The translations under genes were made by a program, and so were the position numbers. A stretch of 10,090 nucleotides of DNA from a bacterium (GTDB lineage: Bacteria > SZUA-182 > DTGQ01 > JAFGSM01): contig JBLIRO010000121.1 of assembly GCA_049472335.1 (NCBI GenBank), positions 1 through 10,090 of the forward strand, given 5' to 3'. This document shows positions 6,126 through 10,090 of this stretch, piece after piece. Under the pieces are notes generated by a model, which saw nothing but the letters and a program-made list of their open reading frames with translations, was not told the DNA's origin and searched no databases. Position 1 is the first letter of the stretch. Each line of letters begins with the position of its first letter.

Positions 6126-7214
6126 ATGATACAAGAAAAACTTTGCAGCGAAAAAATTTATAAGCTCGTATTTGACGGTGAAATCATGGAAGGCTGTGCT
6201 GTCGATGAAGTCAAAAGACGGCTTTCAGGTATATTTAAATGGGACCAGGAGAAGGTTGATGAACTTTTTTCGGTCATCCCGCTCGAGATTGCTGACAAGA
6301 TAGATTTTAAGACTGCTATGACATACAAGGCCCCTTTTGAAAGCGCGGGGGCCAAATGCAAAATCTATCATTCCAAAAAGGGACACATGATGAGTAATGA
6401 AAGTTCATTGTCACCTTTTTTGAATTATTCTCAAATCAATAGCTACCCAAATATGACATACCCCAAATATGATTTCGGATGGCATGAAACTCACAAAGGT
6501 ACTAATGATGAACTATCTGACAAAAAAAATCTTTCTCATGTCGGGACAAAAGAACAAAAGGAAAACGAACAAAGCCGTAAAATAGAAATAAAAACCGACC
6601 TTGACTCAAACACCTCAATCCATGTAGAAACCAAGGAATTGTTAATTAAACAGAAAGACGAACTTTACGATCACTTTTCTGAAATTTATAAACAAGCAAA
6701 AGAAAAAACCGCGGGCAAAAAATTCAATCTTATTATGTATGCACTGATAGGTATATTCTTTGCTCTTTCTTTTGTTATCCCAATGATAGCAGCGATGAAG
6801 GGGCTATATGACATCGGGATCGGGGCAGGTCTTCTCATGGCTTTTTTGGCAAGTATTATAAAATATCCTATAAGTAATAAAATAAATAAAAACAGATTGC
6901 TAAAAACAGCCCTGTATTTTAAGCAACACATCAGTATAGAGAATCAGACAAACTTCTCTTTTTATCTCGCGGCGCTTATCTTATGGGCAAAAAAAATATC
7001 GAATCTGGATAAAGCAAGAGATGAGATGCTTTCAGTATGCAATGAGATCGCGCTTGCCAATACAACAGATATAGATAAATTCAAAGAATATCTGAAAAAA
7101 ATCGGCGATCTGGATAAACGGATTAAATATGAATTGAATAATGATAAATACAGAGGTAAATTAGATAAAAAGACTATAGGTGAATCCTACGAATTACTAT
7201 TTGCGGATTACTAA
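6126..7214 (+). CDS. Hypothetical membrane protein: conserved N-terminal alpha/beta domain, polar linker, two TM helices, helical C-terminus
   Basis: 362-aa ORF 24 nt after the phosphatase stop. The N-terminal YKLVFDGEI...EVKRRLSGIFK...VDELFS...YKAPFESAGAKCKI resembles a recurrent uncharacterised N-terminal module of bacterial membrane proteins (recognised from memory). Hydrophobic segments LIMYALIGIFFALSFVIPMIAAM and IGIGAGLLMAFLASII. Confidence 0.8.
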   Translation: MIQEKLCSEKIYKLVFDGEIMEGCAVDEVKRRLSGIFKWDQEKVDELFSVIPLEIADKIDFKTAMTYKAPFESAGAKCKIYHSKKGHMMSNESSLSPFLNYSQINSYPNMTYPKYDFGWHETHKGTNDELSDKKNLSHVGTKEQKENEQSRKIEIKTDLDSNTSIHVETKELLIKQKDELYDHFSEIYKQAKEKTAGKKFNLIMYALIGIFFALSFVIPMIAAMKGLYDIGIGAGLLMAFLASIIKYPISNKINKNRLLKTALYFKQHISIENQTNFSFYLAALILWAKKISNLDKARDEMLSVCNEIALANTTDIDKFKEYLKKIGDLDKRIKYELNNDKYRGKLDKKTIGESYELLFADY

Positions 7215-7221
7215 CCTGTCC

Positions 7222-7836
7222 TTATTTACGATTTCGGTAAAGATCGGGGTCTACCACGCAAGCCATCTTCTCTTCGTTCAGTTTCCCTCCCAAAAAGCTG
7301 TTAATCTTTCGGGCTTCCTCCTGAGGGCCTTTTAAAATGTCATTATGGTTAATATAGAGGACATCGAACCAGGGCCTTTTCAACACGGTATTTTTTATTT
7401 TTCGGAGATGTTTTTCGAAATTCCGGATCATCAATTTTTCTGCAGCCTCATCTTCAGGAACCGGCTTATTCCTGTTCGCCAACATCTTGTTCTGAGAAGC
7501 CATCACCTCCTCTATATTGCGATCGATAAAGATGACCTTGTACTTATTATTATCCGGCAGGCTTTCCAAAAAGTAAGAAATGATCTTGATTGCGCGCCCC
7601 CTGAATTCCCTCAGCCATGAGTTATTCAAACCTTTATCCAAAGTCTTGACCTTTTCCAGCTCATAATAGCCTTTGGGATTATCATCATCAGCAGTGCGCT
7701 TACCGTCGGTAACAATCTCCACCCCCCCTGCCTCCAGCATCTTCATCAGCATGGATGTCCCTGAACGCGGCAGGCCGGACACAACAACTATGGGCTGGCC
7801 GTATTTATCCTTTTTAAACCAATCTTTGAAACCCAT
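7222..7836 (-). CDS. PAPS-dependent sulfotransferase family protein
   Basis: 5'-PSB loop VVSGLPRSGTSM, DNPKGYYE, 3'-PB motif IFIDRNIEEVMASQ; AAGGA SD upstream; convergent with the 6126-7214 gene (7-nt gap). Confidence 0.88.
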   Translation of the reverse strand: MGFKDWFKKDKYGQPIVVVSGLPRSGTSMLMKMLEAGGVEIVTDGKRTADDDNPKGYYELEKVKTLDKGLNNSWLREFRGRAIKIISYFLESLPDNNKYKVIFIDRNIEEVMASQNKMLANRNKPVPEDEAAEKLMIRNFEKHLRKIKNTVLKRPWFDVLYINHNDILKGPQEEARKINSFLGGKLNEEKMACVVDPDLYRNRK

Positions 7837-8044
7837 TGCTTATTCCTTTATTTTACTTGGCAAATTCAGCCAAGCCCCTTGCAAATTCCAAAAATCCTGA
7901 CATTGATATCGAACTTTAACATATGTGTGTTTATTTTGTTGATTTACGGGTAAATTGTATTTTATCTGCCCTCAAATAGCAAGGGCTGGCTGTCGGGGAG
8001 GATTGACAGGAGCCTATTGACCGGAATATTAAATTTTCTTAAAT

Positions 8045-8079
8045 TTGAGAGTTGCAAAACTGTTCATATAATATATTAT
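8045..8079 (+). promoter_or_regulatory. Putative sigma70 promoter(s) for the amylase gene
   Basis: TTGAGA (8045-8050), 16 nt, TATAAT (8067-8072); overlapping alternative TTGCAA (8052-8057), 16 nt, TATTAT (8074-8079). Confidence 0.45.
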
Positions 8080-8134
8080 AGATATTGTTCTTTTTTATAA
8101 ATTCACAATCAAAATAGTGAAAAGGAGAACAATA

Positions 8135-10090
8135 ATGGAAACATCTAGAAACAAGAATTTTAAGAGACCCTTTGCTTTAATCCTGGTATTCTTTTTTGTT
8201 TTTATTACATTATTTTCTTTTTCAGCGTGTCAGCCTGCTTCAGAAAATGAAAAACCTGTAATTGAGTCAGAGGATTCAGGAGTTGATTTAGAAGTTTCCG
8301 AAGAAAGAGGCCCTGCCGTTGCTTCATATAAAGATCCCAACTGGGTAAAAGGAACAAATATCTATGAGATTTTTGTAAATCGCTTCGGCACAAACCTGCA
8401 GGGAGTGACCCAGAAGATAGATTATCTGGAAAAACTGGGTATAAAAACCATCTGGCTTATGCCTATTTTTACGGCAATGAATGACCATGGTTATGATACG
8501 ATAAACTATTATGATATTGATTCCCGTTACGGGACCATAGATGGTCTAAAAAGTCTTGTGGAAGCTGCGCATGACAAAGGGATAATGATCATTCTGGATC
8601 TTGTCATGAATCACTGCGGAACCAAACATCCCTGGTTTTCATCACCCAATGATTCAGAGAGAAAAGATAACTGGTTTATCTGGGCCGGTTCCGATCTTGG
8701 CTGGCCGGACTCATGGGAGGATCAGAAGGCCGGCTATTTTCCTTCAGCAACATGGTTTCAGGATCCTTACCGTTCCCTGGACAGGGATCATAATGGAAAC
8801 CAAAATGATGATGATTACTACTTCAGTCTATTCGGAGATTCAGGCGGAGCGACTATGCCCGATCTTAACTTCAATGATACGAACTCAAAGGCGGAGATCC
8901 TGAATGAGTTTGAAAATATCATGAAATTTTGGATCCAAAAAACAGATGTGGATGGTTTCCGGTGCGACGCAGTGAGATATCTGGTGGAAAATGGCAAAGG
9001 GAAACAAAAGGACCAGCCGGAAACCCATTCAATATGGAAGGACCTGAGAAGCAGGCTTGCCAGAATCAAGCCGGGCGCGATACTTCTCGCTGAAGCGCCT
9101 ACGGAAACTGCTGATCAAATGATCGAGTACTATGGAAACGGTGATGAATTTCATACAGCCTTCCATTTTAATCTCCAGGGAAGGCTTATGAACTGCTTAA
9201 AAAATGAAAGACGGCCTTCTGATCTTCTTAAAGAGCTCTATGCTATACAGGGCCGGCTTCCGGAGGGCACACAGGACACCATCTTTCTGAGCAATCACGA
9301 CAGATTTGCGGGAGACCGGGTTGCGACCCAGCTTAATGGAAACACGGCAAAAATTAAAGGCATTGCCTCCCTCTACTTACTTCTTTCAGGCAATCCGGCT
9401 ATCTATTATGGTGAAGAGATCGGAATGGCAAACGGCCCCGGAAATTATGACGAACCCGTTCGCCAGCCAATGGATTGGGATGAAGTGCAAAAACAGGAAG
9501 ACGACCCTGATTCTACATTGAACCATTATGTAAGACTTCTTAAACTAAGAAATAATTATGACGCGCTTCGAGAAGGGATCACGTATTTTGTTCCTACCCA
9601 TTCAAATGATGGCTGGGACGGAATGTATTCAGAGTCGAAAACACTCTCCATTATCAGAGAATTCTATGGTGAAAAGATACTTGTTACGCATAACTTTAGC
9701 AGTAACAATCAAACGGTTCACGTTAACCTGAATGAATCCGGTTTAACCTTCCCTCCGGGGACAGAAGCCCATGCCATTATGAGCGGCGGGAATTATGCGC
9801 CTGTAAGCGATTCAAACAAAACCTATTACAGCCTTGGCACGGTATACGGGTTCACTACAAGAGCAATATTTTTAGGAGACATAAGCCGGTATAAAGATCC
9901 TAACGGGAAATACCTGACCTATGAGAATATTTTTCCGGATTCATGGTATTTCCGCGGGACTCCCAATAACTGGGAAGCTACCTTAATGGAGCTGAATGAC
10001 CAGGGATTATGGACAACGGTTCAAACCTTCGGAGGGGACAATCCCAGGTTTAAGATCTCTCATTATAAGGACAACTGGAACGAGGCCTAC
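8135..10090 (+). CDS. GH13 alpha-amylase-family glycoside hydrolase, predicted lipoprotein, with a C-terminal accessory module; 3' end runs off the window
   Basis: AAGGAG SD (8122-8127), ATG at 8135, open to the window end (652 codons). Signal peptide and lipobox ...FITLFSFSA-C32. GH13 motifs: IYEIFV, DYLEKLGIKTIWLMP, HGYD, LDLVMNH, MPDLN, DGFRCDAV (nucleophile), LLAEA (acid/base), FLSNHD, IYYGEEIGM. A further domain begins WYFRGTPNNW at 9944. Missing from the ORF track because it has no stop in the window. Confidence 0.95.
   Translation, partial: METSRNKNFKRPFALILVFFFVFITLFSFSACQPASENEKPVIESEDSGVDLEVSEERGPAVASYKDPNWVKGTNIYEIFVNRFGTNLQGVTQKIDYLEKLGIKTIWLMPIFTAMNDHGYDTINYYDIDSRYGTIDGLKSLVEAAHDKGIMIILDLVMNHCGTKHPWFSSPNDSERKDNWFIWAGSDLGWPDSWEDQKAGYFPSATWFQDPYRSLDRDHNGNQNDDDYYFSLFGDSGGATMPDLNFNDTNSKAEILNEFENIMKFWIQKTDVDGFRCDAVRYLVENGKGKQKDQPETHSIWKDLRSRLARIKPGAILLAEAPTETADQMIEYYGNGDEFHTAFHFNLQGRLMNCLKNERRPSDLLKELYAIQGRLPEGTQDTIFLSNHDRFAGDRVATQLNGNTAKIKGIASLYLLLSGNPAIYYGEEIGMANGPGNYDEPVRQPMDWDEVQKQEDDPDSTLNHYVRLLKLRNNYDALREGITYFVPTHSNDGWDGMYSESKTLSIIREFYGEKILVTHNFSSNNQTVHVNLNESGLTFPPGTEAHAIMSGGNYAPVSDSNKTYYSLGTVYGFTTRAIFLGDISRYKDPNGKYLTYENIFPDSWYFRGTPNNWEATLMELNDQGLWTTVQTFGGDNPRFKISHYKDNWNEAY

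Noticed and set aside
5681..7900. Track ORFs 5681-5872, 5799-6134, 6158-6361, 6686-6931 (-) and 7345-7620, 7673-7900 (+)
   Set aside because: Antisense shadows of the phosphatase, membrane protein and sulfotransferase genes.
8205..9521. Track ORFs 8205-8393, 8649-8903, 8818-9069 and 9306-9521
   Set aside because: All lie within the long GH13 reading frame starting at 8135, which carries all the catalytic motifs.

Overview
AT-rich bacterial window, probably from an anaerobe. The central part is a tungsten/molybdopterin aldehyde:ferredoxin oxidoreductase module: aor, moaD and a GG-less MoaD-like paralog on the minus strand, with a divergent MoeB/ThiF adenylyltransferase. To the right lie a probably exported Cys-dependent tyrosine/dual-specificity phosphatase, a two-TM membrane protein, a PAPS-dependent sulfotransferase and the first 652 codons of a lipoprotein GH13 alpha-amylase (absent from the ORF track). 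At the left edge is a partial, probably secreted hypothetical protein, also absent from the track. The most interesting signal is a tandem array of three tiny minus-strand ORFs (14-20 aa) in the apparent intergenic space at 1002-1274. They have related ribosome-binding regions, share a 10-residue N-terminus M-K-x-x-T-N-[IV]-K-[AS]-G, and carry unrelated C-terminal cores (QYYPIIYYYT, DGSWHLVY, QIPT), followed by a strong terminator. This is the layout of a leader/variable-core peptide (RiPP-like or signalling) precursor family. No dedicated maturase could be confidently assigned within the window.
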